Assembly: GCA_964270895.1 (NCBI GenBank)
Contig: OZ185437.1
Source of the DNA: Podarcis filfolensis
Lineage: Eukaryota
Direction: 5' to 3' (one strand)
Length of the DNA: 64,000 nt
This document shows, piece after piece, positions 25,001 through 36,604 of this stretch. The position numbers and the translations under genes were made by a program. A model generated the notes under the pieces. The model was not told the origin of the DNA and made no database searches. It saw only the letters and a list, made by a program, of their open reading frames with translations. The stretch's first letter is position 1; each line of letters starts with the position of its first letter.

Positions 25001-26135
25001 TGGCTAAGTCAAAGTGAATTATGTCTGCCTGAAAAGTGGGATGGCATCCTACCCCACTTCAAGCACTTGCAACTAGCATTCATACCGTAAGTGTAGCACT
25101 TGCCTGTTCATCTTTAACTGCAAGCTGCCATTTCATTCATAGTAACTTGTGCACTTGGGTTCAAGGCACAAAGCAACAACAGGATTCAGGAACAATGCAG
25201 ACTAACAGTCCAATTCTATATATGTCTTACTCAGAAGCATATCTCACAAGTTCAATGGGCCTTAATCACTAGTAACTGCAGCTGAAGTAGTCTTATACAC
25301 CCATGAAGGGGTCATGATAAAAATCCTCAACAAATGCAGCTTTGCCACCATCAAAGAGAAAAGGAGCAAGACTTCAGTATTTGCTTCCACTTCATAAAAC
25401 ATGAAAGATCTAAACAGTCTTGTATTTTGCCAGCATGTTTAAATAATGCAACTGCAGCCATATTGCATACCAAAACTAAAAATTTACTAAGAATAAGAAT
25501 CTGGCCATAATATACTACAAAATGTGGCCAGCTACGAAAAGGTTACAATTATGATTTCTGTGCAGGATAAACCAAGTAACTAATTTCAGAACATACTGGC
25601 TATATTCAAGCAGTATGGCAAACTATGGGATTTTCTTTTAAAAAATGTTTGAACTTGTGTTAGGCTCAATCATGGTTTGCACTAATTATTGTCTGCCATT
25701 ACATCTGAATTCACAAACCACTGATAAACCAGTTATGACTGTTGCTCCATCTCAAAATGCTGCTGCTCTGTGCAGACAGGAAAGACTTGTGAAATGTGCA
25801 GATCAAAGACAAAAGAAGATAAGAAGCTCGAAATCACAGTTTATCTGTTGTACATTTGGAAGTGCACACCACCGTGTGGGTTCTTAAATACAGTCGGCAC
25901 AAACCATAGCCTTTTCTTATGAAAATAAGCAGCGCTAAGCCTCATTCATATGCATCCTCCTTGCATTTGTTCGTGCATTAGGAAAAGATATTAGAAGCTT
26001 ACACTTCCAAGTTTGTGGGTGGCAAACCATAGCTTCCTGCATTGTCAAAATGGCAAAGTATAGCTCACACAAGCTAGAAATGGAAGCTTCCCATCTCCTA
26101 CCTTTCCAGACATAGCAAGGGGAAAGGGAATACTG

Positions 26136-26141
26136 TTTATT
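26136..26141 (-). terminator. Candidate GLO1 polyadenylation signal AATAAA
   Basis: First AATAAA I found on the minus strand after the stop, about 270 nt downstream. Use is unverified. Confidence 0.35.
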
Positions 26142-26206
26142 CCTATTTGTTTATCATTTGGCGAATAACTAGAACAACTTTTTGTTAAATCAGGAGGACA
26201 TTGTTA

Positions 26207-26369
26207 CAGTGGCGTAGCGTGGGTTGTCAGCACCCGGGGCAAGGCAAGTAATTTGTGCCCCCTAACCCGTGGATTTGCGCCCCCTAACCCGTGGATTTGC
26301 GCCCCCTAACCCCCAGATGTTGCGCCCGGTGCGGCCGGCCCCCCCTGCACCTCCCACGCTACGCCACTG
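26207..26369. mobile_element. hAT MITE (163 bp) in the GLO1 3' UTR
   Basis: Perfect 17-bp TIR cagtggcgtagcgtggg; perfect 8-bp TSD cattgtta at 26199-26206 and 26370-26377; internal 22-bp tandem duplication gcgccccctaacccgtggattt. Confidence 0.93.
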
Positions 26370-26407
26370 CATTGTTAAGAATTTTCGGTCTCTTGATGGC
26401 AAGATCA

Positions 26408-26514
26408 CTATGCAGTATTTCCAATTGGGATTATATTTATCATATGGTTCGGATTCAGGATTTCAATCCAGTAGCCATCAGGATCCTGGATAAAAGCAAG
26501 TCCTTTCATTTTAC
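26408..26514 (-). CDS. GLO1: GLO1 (glyoxalase I) exon 6, terminal coding part (107 nt including TAG)
   Basis: ttttgtag| acceptor; [34 protein letters not shown]; catalytic Glu in WIEIL; TAG is followed directly by TGA. Confidence 0.96.
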
Positions 26515-26667
26515 CTACAAAAGAGAAATATGGTTTATAAACTTTAATAGAAGAACTCCTCAACAAATTCATGTTTCAAGCCTCTAAAACTAGTTTAGCA
26601 AGCAAACAAGTAAACAAACACGAGCCGACTTACAATTTGAGAGCCACTATTTACACCGAAGACTTAC

Positions 26668-26757
26668 CATCGTCTGGTTTTTTGACAAATTTCACTCCCA
26701 GCTCCTCAAATCTTTTACAGGCTGCATTTACATCAGGAACAGCAATTCCAATATGAC
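26668..26757 (-). CDS. GLO1: GLO1 exon 5 (90 nt)
   Basis: tttttcag| acceptor, |GTAAGT donor; [31 protein letters not shown], with the metal-binding His. Confidence 0.97.
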
Positions 26758-28469
26758 CTGAAAAACAACAAAGTAACCAAAGGCAATGATGCTTTTAATA
26801 CAAATGTGAATAAAACCTTCTTTTCTTAACTCAATTGCAAATCAGTTTTTTTGTTACAATGTAGAAAGTGTACTTAATATACCAGAGTTAATTTATACCA
26901 TAGCATAAATGTACGTTACAGTTCTCTGGGGACTGTATTGCATGCATAATCCAAGCTACATCAGAGTACACAGAGACAATCACTGTGAAGCGCTTGTTGA
27001 TATCTGACCTCTTACGCAGGGGTATGTTGTGTTAAAATATGCTTCCAGACCCAACAACAACAGGAAACAGAATGCAGAAGTTGGCCATCCTCAGTTCTTC
27101 TTTGAAATGGTTGATAGTTTTCGTGTGGGGGAGAGGATTTCATAGTTTGTTCATCAAATATTTGCTTAAGAGTGATCCCTGCTAAATTAGACCCAGTGCC
27201 TATCTTGCGCAGCATCTGCTCCCAGTGGCCAATGAGCTGTGAAGCCTATGGGGAATCCCACATCACATCCTTCGTCCTTCTCACACAGTTGGACCACAGC
27301 AACAGATATTTAGATGCATGCTGCTGATCCTGGAGTTAGCATATACCCATCAGGACTAGTGGCATTCCCATCAGTCCCAGTCAGCATGGCCAACAGTGAG
27401 GGATGATGAAAGTCATAGTCCCAACAACACCTGGTCACAGGTTCCCCATCCCTTTCTGAAGCCATCTAAATTGGCTTTATGTCACCTTTCCATCAAAACA
27501 GGCATTCCAACTGTGTCTAGCTCTATGATGTGACAGGAATAACACCCATGACAAACCAAACTGGTGAGGCACCGGGGGGATAGGGTAACGGCAACAAGGC
27601 ACGCACAACTGAAAAACCAACTTTAACTGAAATAAACTGCACTATTGCCTGCAGTTTATGAGTCACTGCCATCAGAGTTGGAGCACCTACAGGAAAATGG
27701 CACTCTTTTCCTCCCTAGAGGAACACTTACTAAAGGGCTGTGCGTCAGAAAGAGAAAGATGCAGAGTAATGTGTGCACCGGATCCACACATTTATTCAAG
27801 ACACGCCCTTAACTGCTGTTGTTTCCTTAAGATGTAGAAATTGCTCTCAAGATTTTGTGCCAAATTCTCTGAAGTAATTATGAATCCAGTTATTCTGCCT
27901 TTATAATAAGTTCAATTACCCCAATTAGCTTTTAGTCTATAAAACCTGGTGAAAACTCTGGAATTGGATTATACCTATGTTCTTGGCATCTACTAGTTAA
28001 GACAGGTTTTGTTGAAATTCACGGGAAGAAAAAAAAATGTGAGAATTATCCACATCAGCTTTCTTTACAACAGGGGTGACTTACCACGGCCTGCATTTGC
28101 CCCTCCCCCAAGAGGCTTTTTACCCTGAGGCAAATTTTTCCAATTTAAAAAGTGTTTTTTAAAATTACCGACTACTCCCTTAGGTTACCCATTGTAATAC
28201 TAAAATCTCTTTTTGTGACCTTCCAAAACTTGTCATTTAAAATTATTATTATAATAATAATTTATTTAGTTTTACTGATCACTCTTGCTGGTACCCTATT
28301 GTGATTTCAAATTGTTCTAGTGATTTCCAAGATCCCCAACCCCACCCTGCAGAATGTATCCTTTTTAATTGACCATGCCCCCTTTTACACTTTGGCCGCA
28401 AGAGACTGACCATGGGTCAATGCAGCCCTTGATCCCAAAGAGGCTAACCAGCCCTGCTTTACAACATAC

Positions 28470-28537
28470 CAAATCCTCGGGGATCTGAATTGCCATTGTG
28501 GTAAGCCTGACTCTCATCATTTTCAGTGCCCCAGTTG
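28470..28537 (-). CDS. GLO1: GLO1 exon 4 (68 nt)
   Basis: ttttctag| acceptor, |GTATGT donor; [24 protein letters not shown]. Confidence 0.97.
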
Positions 28538-30159
28538 CTAGAAAAGAAGGAGAGGGATGTGGGGGGTGGGGAGGGAAAGAGAATAAGAACAAAAATAAGA
28601 ATGCATCGTGATAAACACAGTTATTACAATAGCAAAAGAGAACATTTAACAGTGCTTCTGAGGAGAAGAGACCAGCCATCAGTGATATACAACATGAACA
28701 GATAAAATGATGAACTTTTCCAAGTTACTAGAATCAATATTAAACAAATATTAAGTCATGGATTAAGATGATAGTAATATAACATTATTCACTTGAAAAA
28801 GCCATTTTATTGAAGGAAGTCTTTTCACTTCATTAACAAATATTAGAACCATTTTATATTTGTAATTATGTTTTGCTCAAAGCAAACTAAGGCCAAGAAG
28901 ATGGAAGACTGAAGAATCAGCATCAAAAACCAGTTGCATCGTAGAAATGCTAGAGCAGATGTGGGGGGAAATGACAAAAAAGACACTATGAAGTATAATG
29001 GAATGGAATTCCAGGATAGGTGTGTGGAAAAAAACCCCATAAGAACCTAGAAGGAATTTGGAGGACAAACAGGACCCTTTGTCATAACTTGAAAAAGAGC
29101 TGGCAAATGTTGTAAACTTTTTGTCAGAAACTGGCCTGACAGAAGCAATGTAGCTCAACTGACCATTTTCTTGTGCAGAACTTCACCATGTTTTGAGGTT
29201 CCCAAAGTTCCCCTGGGAAGAAAGACTGACTGTTTAAACCACTCAGGGAACTGTAGCTCTGTGAGGGGAATAGGAGTCTCCTAATAAATCTCAGCATCCA
29301 CTACAAACTACAGATTCCAGGATACTGCTTCAAATGCATAGTGTAGATGGGGGTGATAGTAGTGAAACAGAAAGTGCAATCTCAGGCATTGCTCCCACTC
29401 TCTAGTGCTGCCCCTTCATCAATCACAAAAAAGTTTCCCGTATGAAAAAGCACACCAAATCAAAAAGTCTCAAATGCAATTTCAGAGAGTGACAAACAAG
29501 CTTGTCCTAGCACCGAAATAAGGGAAGGTGCAGGCAAAGTTCAGTCTATTATTTAATCAATGGTCTGCTTCCAACCATGTTCACTATACTAGACATTTGA
29601 GAGGGAGTTTTGTTGTAGTTAAGTGACAAGAATATATTAGGATTTATTCTTAGCATCTACTGATGCCTAACATTTTAGTCAAAACATTCTGGATATGCTT
29701 TCATTTTCACACTAGCATCATATGGTGACATGCTGACAAGCACCAAAATAGATTTTGTTATGATTTGCAACATATGCCAAATATGTGCAATTTATTTCAG
29801 TGTTAAGTGACAAGCATATGCTTTGAGAAGCAGAGTTTGTATAATGAACACAACTTCTTTGCTGTCACAAACAATTCTGTACCTCTTGCCACATTTTAAA
29901 CTTCGCAGACTAAACATTTGCCAGGAGGTAATTTTCATTCTGTAGCTGCTACTTCTGCATTTCATGTGTAATCTGGGACAGTCCACTCCAGTTTGAATGT
30001 CCAGGAGGGTTTAGGTGAACACCTAAAGCTAGCTGGTGTGTAAGAAAGGCACTCTGTTCACAAGAAAGTTGAACACTGCTTCAACTACATTAATAACCAG
30101 CAGAATAATCAAAATACAAGAAAAAAATGTGATTTACAGAACACAGTTTTAACACTCAC

Positions 30160-30300
30160 TGCGTCAGTTCTAATACGCCCTTTCTAGACAGAGTCCACGC
30201 AATTCCCTCTTTTTTATCTTTTGGAATATCATTTTTATCTTCGTAAGCCAAGAAGTAGAGGGAGAACTTCATAGCGGGGAAGTCAAACTTGTTGAGTAGG
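30160..30300 (-). CDS. GLO1: GLO1 exon 3 (141 nt)
   Basis: ctttctag| acceptor, |GTGAGT donor; [47 protein letters not shown], with the metal-binding Glu. Confidence 0.97.
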
Positions 30301-30920
30301 CTAGAAAGATAAACAGCTTGAAATTAAATTTATGTGAGAAAAGCAGACAGATAACACACTCACCAAAGACATTCTAAGTTTTGTAATCAAGTTCTCATGT
30401 TCACGTCCAAAAGGTTATGAACATTTAGAAAATATAAGTCTTGTGGCACCTTAAAGGGTAACAAATTTATGATGATGCAAGCTTTTGCAGACAAGAATCC
30501 ACTTCAGAGATAGATCAAAAGAAAACTTAGGCAATAATCTATTTTTATAGCGCCACAAGGTAATTTGGTGTTTTTACTGCAGAAGACTAACACACTCAAT
30601 TACTGTAGAAAGTCAACATTTGCTGCTGTTCTTCATAGTTATAACAAGACTGCCAGAAATGCAGAACATGATACTCTCACCACTGCCATTTATGGGACAA
30701 TACAGTACTATGTCCCATGTGTATGCCATAGGCAAGAAGAGGCAAATAAATAGTTGGGGCTGTTTGCCTTTTAATTTTAAAAAGTGCACAGCGTGTTTTT
30801 CCGGCATGCTTACTTGGACAGCAATCCAAACCGACCACCGCTGAGGCTCTATGTCTAGGTGCCTTTTTTTCTTCAGAGGGTTTTGTTATTGTTATTGCTA
30901 TTATTCATTTCATTTCTATA

Positions 30921-31172
30921 CAGTCATACCTCGGGTTACAGCTGCTTCAGGTTGCATTTTTTCGGGTTACAGACCGTCAAAACCCGGAAGTACCGGAACG
31001 GGTTACTTCCAGGTTTCGGAGGTCACGCATGTGCAGAAACGCTAAATCGCACTTTGTACATGCGCAGAAGCGCCGAATCGCAACCCGTGCATGCACAGAC
31101 GCGGGTTTCGAACGCTGCAGTTTGCGAACGTGCATCCCGCATGGATCACGTTCGCAATCCGAGCGTCCACTG
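30921..31172 (+). mobile_element. Tc1/mariner MITE (cagtcatacctc family), GLO1 intron 2
   Basis: TA flanks; ends cagtcatacctcggg / cgagcgtccactg; same family as 39504-39752 and 46792-47051. Confidence 0.85.
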
Positions 31173-31851
31173 TACCACTTTAAATCTCAAAGCCGTTTAC
31201 AACACATTAAAACATCAGAGAAACAACCCAGAATAAAACAAATTCAGGCATCAAAGAAAAGATTTCAGCTCCTTCTCTAAGTGACATTTTGCTTTCATCA
31301 GTTGCCAACTTGGCATCCAGAGATCACCACGTGGGCATAATTGGACCCAAACTATATGCCTGGCTCACGACTAATTTCCAACACTGATCTAGAGTACAGG
31401 GCCTCTCCAACCTCCCATTGCTCCCTCTAGCAGCAAACAGAATTCCATGGTGTGGAGAGAACTCAGAATTACCAGGGCATGTAATTTCTACTCAGGAATG
31501 CTGTTTCATAGGCAACATTACCAAGCTCTAATCTCTGACCAGTTTCTACCAGTTGGTGGGGCAGGTAGATGAGCAGTTTGTTCACCAAGCATGGCGTGGA
31601 TCACTTCACAGTTCTAGGAGAGGCAGAACTTTTATGTCCCACTGTTAAGCTCTGTATCACCAACATGAAATATTTAGAAACATTATTGTTCAAATTTGTT
31701 GCATCTTAAGCCATGCTAAAAGCAGGTCATGCAATTATGTCTCCAATGTCGTATCCTTACAGGACTGGCAGGCTTGCAGTTTAGAACAGACGATTGTGAG
31801 ACGCTAATGAGAAAAAAAAGAGCCAGCCCAAAAAAATCAGTTGGTACTTAC

Positions 31852-31934
31852 GTCATTCCGAGAACCTTAGTATAAAACTCCAGAGACTTTTTGGGATCTT
31901 TTACCCTGAGCATCGTCTGTTGTAGCAGAAAATC
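31852..31934 (-). CDS. GLO1: GLO1 exon 2 (83 nt)
   Basis: ttctgtag| acceptor, |GTAAGT donor; DFLLQQTMLRVKDPKKSLEFYTKVLGMT. Confidence 0.97.
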
Positions 31935-32766
31935 CTACAGAAATATATAACTTGTTAAATTGTTGTCAACCATGAACGGCATTCAACACTGCAGTGTAGC
32001 TTTTACTTGAATGATTTTGTTAATTCGAGCTCCACATACAAAACGTAAAGTGTACAGAAACTATACAGTTAATGCTTTCAAGATTATTACTGTTCTGTGA
32101 ATAGTGCCAGATGAACAAATTATGTAGTTAAAGTGAAAGGCTACAATCCTAAACATACTTATTAAAGAGTAAGCCTCACTGCCTAGAGCAAGACTCATTT
32201 GTGAGTTGAGTAGACATAAGACTGTTTTGTTACACTGCAAGCAAAGCTTGGGGGGGGGGGGAGGAGCAGAGCAATAAGAGTCTTTGCCAAATCCCAAACA
32301 CGGCCACCTTGGCCAGCAAAGGCAGAAAGGGATGGCTTTTCTTACCATTTCACTGCAACAGCTCCAGGCTGGCATTACTGAGAGGCCTGAAGTACTAGGC
32401 CTCTCAGAGGACCCACAATGTTTTGGATCCAACAGTAAGGATAATTTTAGAAGGGGAAATAGCATGAAAGCATAGATGTGTAATGTATAAAGTGGTCTGA
32501 ATGTTTAAAATATCTGTGCTGTACAACACAAGTTTAATTGTTTAGTAGTTGGAAAATTGGGTAAAGGGATCTGGAATGTAAGATGATTTGGTTTATTTAA
32601 AGAACCAGAAGAGGGGGTGGAGGGAAGTATGGGGATTTGGGGTGTGTGTGTAAAAATGTGTTCTTCTTTATTATTTTTTAATGTTAATGAGAAATGTGTG
32701 GAGTAATCTGGTATTGATACAGTGTGGCATATATTGGATTTTTAAAAATTGAAAATAAATTATATA

Positions 32767-32767
32767 T

Positions 32768-32807
<40 letters not shown>
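32767..32807. repeat. (CA)n microsatellite
   Basis: Directly visible; another at about 19366-19390. Confidence 0.95.
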
Positions 32808-32997
32808 TTGCCTTGGAACCTAACCCCTGTGTAAATTGGGAATTGCCTGTATTTTAAACTGGGGTTGCAGATGCAACGGTTCCAGAATGGTTTTTAAAAT
32901 ACATATGACTGTGCAATAACAGTCAAACTCTGTGTCCTAGTCCGACACAGAAACAAATGGGACTGAGCAAAATGCTTTGATTGGGGTTCAAGTACAG

Positions 32998-33133
32998 CAG
33001 GCATAAGCAAACTGACCCTCCAGATGCTGTGAGACTACAATTCCCATCATCCCTGACCACGGGTCCTGTTAGCTAGGGATCATGGGAGTTGTAGTCCCAA
33101 AAACATCTGGAGGGCCGAGTTTGCCTATGCCTG
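32998..33133. mobile_element. Palindromic hAT MITE (136 bp), GLO1 intron 1
   Basis: TIRs caggcataagcaaact / agtttgcctatgcctg; perfect 8-bp TSD aagtacag. Older relatives at about 1345-1450, 8955-9069, 13230-13368, 27360-27450 and 60509-60647. Confidence 0.92.
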
Positions 33134-33519
33134 AAGTACAGTGTCTTTATTCCAGATTATTTCTATGCATGCAAAAGCATTGCAAGAAATTGTATTTTAA
33201 AGCCACTAGCAGTACATTTCCAAGCAGGTTCTCTCAACGGTCCTACTGTGTTGAATGGGTTAGGTGTGAACTGGATTGCAGCCCAAGCGAGGCCACAACC
33301 TTACACGAGTTATGCTGAAATCCTACACAAACTCAACGAGGCTTATTTCTCAGTAAAGCGTGTGTAGTAGCCCTGCGAACAATGCTTTACTTAGTAGGGC
33401 ATTTCCAAGTAAATGGAAATGCATAGGCCTGGGCGGACAGCTAAAGCAAGACAAACGTGGGTTAAAGGATCTCGCTATATACTCTCCCAGGAAAGACTAC
33501 AGCTCCGCACCAAGAACAG

Positions 33520-34180
33520 ATCGCACAGAGACTCTAAACCACGATAGCCGGCGAGCTCAAGCATGCCGGGAGAGATATGATCCTTCGGGTCACGGCGCTA
33601 AAGTTCAGCCACGCAAATATTCGGGTGAAAGGCGATCCCTGGCTGGCCCTGCCTCGGCTCTGTATCTCCAAGCCCGAAAAGAGAACCGAGCCCGTCTCTT
33701 TTGCACGCCGCTTGCAAAAGGAGAGGGAGAGATCCCCTTGCAAGGAGTTAATACAACTTCCCAACGCTTTGCAATTCTGCGCCCCCTACAAAAAGCAACC
33801 CTCCCTCCCACTTTATATATGCACACATTAAAAATCACCCCCTCGCTTTACCTTCGTGCTGGGATGAGGGTCAGAGCAGGCACTGAAGGCTGCTTCATCG
33901 GTGACGCCGACGGGTTCCCCTTGCTCGGACATGTTGGGGCTCTGGAGAGGAACTGCTTCCCGGAGTGGATCCTACAAGCGTCTAGCTGTCGCGACAGGGA
34001 GAACGAGGTTCCCCGAATCTCTGGCCAATAGTGAGCAGCCATGCAAATTAGGGCACCTCGCGTCATGCAAGCCCTTCCGCCTATAGCAGCGCCGCTTCCC
34101 TAGGACGAAATCTCTGTTCCTACAACTCCCAGAATCCCCAGCAAAGCCGGTGATTTTTAATCCCGTCCTTCGCAGATTGC
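33520..34180 (-). promoter_or_regulatory. GLO1 CpG island promoter
   Basis: CpG-rich; CCAAT at 34025-34029, octamer ATGCAAAT at 34041-34048, ZNF143/SBS-like CTACAACTCCCAGAATCC at 34120-34137. Confidence 0.8.
33852..33932 (-). CDS. GLO1: GLO1 exon 1 coding part (81 nt)
   Basis: ATG at 33932; MSEQGEPVGVTDEAAFSACSDPHPSTK; |GTAAAG donor; lies in a CpG island. Total CDS 570 nt = 189 aa plus stop. Confidence 0.95.
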
Positions 34181-35669
34181 GACACTGTTCCTTTTTCAGG
34201 GAAGCGGAAGCAGTAAATGTTAATTCAGATCATAAAAAATGGTTAGCTAAAAAATTCCAGCCCGGACACTGAAAGCACTATAGGCACAGTATTTTACAAT
34301 CATGGTAACCATTGTCAAGTCAATGCCAGGTTTCTCATGCATGCGAGAAGAAAGTCAGAGAGCTCTCCTGCCATGCTGTGCAACAACTTCATTCCATTTA
34401 ATGTGCTGCTTGTTTAATTTGTTGTAGAACTTCTACCTCTTTACTTTCTGATTGATGTGGGCTTATGTTAGCTCCTGTCTTTGATGTAAACTTCTGACTT
34501 TCCACAGGCTGCGTACCAGCCTCAAGTATGGTGGTAATGCGGCAAAGTAAACGACAGAAATAGAGCATCAAGATAAGAAAAGTGCTTCAGTTTTACTGTG
34601 GAATTTAAGCTGCTATACTGGAAGGAAGTCAACCTCCAGAATTTCAGGCCACACTTTTATTGTACCTCACTAATAAAAAATCAGTATGTATATAAAACTT
34701 AAAACCATGATACCTTCTTTATGCACTATTTCTTTTAAAAAGCAAGTGTTCAAAAGCTTGTGCTACTGATTCTCATGGAGAATGCATGTGTTTGCAGTTA
34801 TCTAGTAATGGAGACATCATCTGTGATAAGCCTAGAATGTAGAAAAAGCAGGATAACTTTAAAAGGCACGACCAGCTACTGATCCTCATTTGGTTTATCC
34901 TCAGCAATACTGTCAAAATCCTTTCAGGGATGCCCATTCTTTTACCTCTTACTTTAGAAGCTTATAGACAGCCCATTTGCAGCACAAATATTCTAAGATG
35001 GGGAAACAAAGCTAACAGCCTCTTTCATTTGTGACAGTATGAGACATTTTTCTCCATGAAGAAGAAGGTCAAGGAGATAGTCCTTGGCTAGGTTCGCATA
35101 GAGGGTCAGAGTACGACCCAAATCTATGCGCAAGCGTTGTCTTTGGTTGGGAGTGGTGGTGGAGTTGGACTGGGCAACGCAACGGCAGCTTGTTGGAGAG
35201 ACATGAGCCACACACGCACATCATACTTTTAAAGCACTATGGTATCACTTGATAAACTTTTCCTAAAGAATTCTGGAGCTCTATTGCCTTACCGGAGCAA
35301 CCACTCTCACAGCACTTTCATAATCCCTTTTTTGTGGAAACTTGGGGAATTGTAGGTGACCAAGAAACAGAATGAGATGTAGCCTATGATCCTAAACACA
35401 CATGTATAATTGAACTGTTAAATGCTAATGAGCACAATGTGCAAAGTATGGTTTTGTGCTCTAACTTAACAGTTACTTGGGAAATTGGTTTTAGGGTCCT
35501 AGTGGAAAATTCTGGCACTGAGAAAGATTAGTATTATGATATCACTAAAAGAGTGCCCAGAACTACTCAGGAAGCTTAGAAATCCCAAAACATTGTGATT
35601 TTTAGATGGATAGTATAAGTTGTGAGTTTGTACCTGTCACACCAATAATCGGGTTAAGTCACACCTAAG

Positions 35670-36085
35670 TCACATTTTGGTCTGCTGTCTTGTTTCAAAA
35701 TGGCACACGGAGTCCAAATGTCAATGAAGAGTGCCGCCTCCACCTTGGGAATCCTCTTGTCAAGTTTGGTGACAATATATTGAAAGACAGCCAAACTTAC
35801 ACCAAAAATAGGCAAAGTCACAATCAGAATGGTGCCTGGCAAAGACCACCCCCACCCCTCACATGCACATTGGGAATCCTCATGCTGAGTTTGGCAGCAA
35901 TATATTTAGAGGCAGCCAACCCTTTGCCAAGAAACAGATGAATTCATGCAAAACTCACATTTTGATCTGCCATCTTGTTTCAAAATGGCACCAGGCATCC
36001 AAACATTGACATAGACCCCCACTTGCCTCTTGGGATCATTCATGCTGAGTTTGGCAATGTTATCTCGAGAGACAGCCCAACCTCT
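35670..36085. repeat. Degenerate direct repeat, three subunits of about 140-150 bp
   Basis: tcacattttg.tctgc..tcttgtttcaaaatggcac at 35670 and 35955; the block ttgggaatcctc.tg...agtttgg occurs three times. Confidence 0.75.
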
Positions 36086-36362
36086 AGATGGTGCATATCT
36101 TTGGTTCATCATTTAAAATATAATGTATCATTCTGCTCACTCGCTCACAAAGAATATACAACAGAGATGGAGATGGATCTGGTTTGTTCAGCCTTAGCAG
36201 TAGAAGGATCATCATGGCTTTGTGAAAGCAGACTTTGATTCAGGCCTAAAGTGGACCTGCTCCTTGTACACAGCACCCCTGTGTCCATAGAATGGGGGGG
36301 GGGGAGGGAGAGAGACTACTGTAATTAACAGAAACAAAAGCTGAAACAGAACTTTGCAAATA

Positions 36363-36604
36363 CAGTGGTACCTCGGGTTAAGAACTTAATTTGTTCCAGA
36401 GGTCTGTTCTTAACCTGAAACTGTTCTTAACCTGAGGTACGACTTTAGCTGATGGGGCCTCCCGCTGCCGCTGCACCGCCACTGTGCGATTTCTGTTCTC
36501 ATCCTGAAGCAAAGTTCTTAACCCGAGGTACTATTTCTGGGTTAACGGAGTCTGTAACCTGAAGCATCTGTAACCTGAAGCATCTGTAACCTGAGGTACC
36601 ACTG
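36363..36604. mobile_element. Tc1/mariner MITE (CAGTGGTACCTC TIR)
   Basis: TA flanks; TIRs cagtggtacctcgggtta / taacctgaggtaccactg; internal tctgtaacctgaagca repeats. Confidence 0.9.

Noticed and set aside
33360-34086. 223-aa plus-strand ORF and other ORFs over the GLO1 promoter
   Set aside because: CpG-island artefacts overlapping GLO1 exon 1; no recognisable domain or splice structure.
33940-34100. NRF2 antioxidant response element, as described for human GLO1
   Set aside because: I found no TGA(C/G)nnnGC match here; GTGAGCAGC has the wrong spacing.
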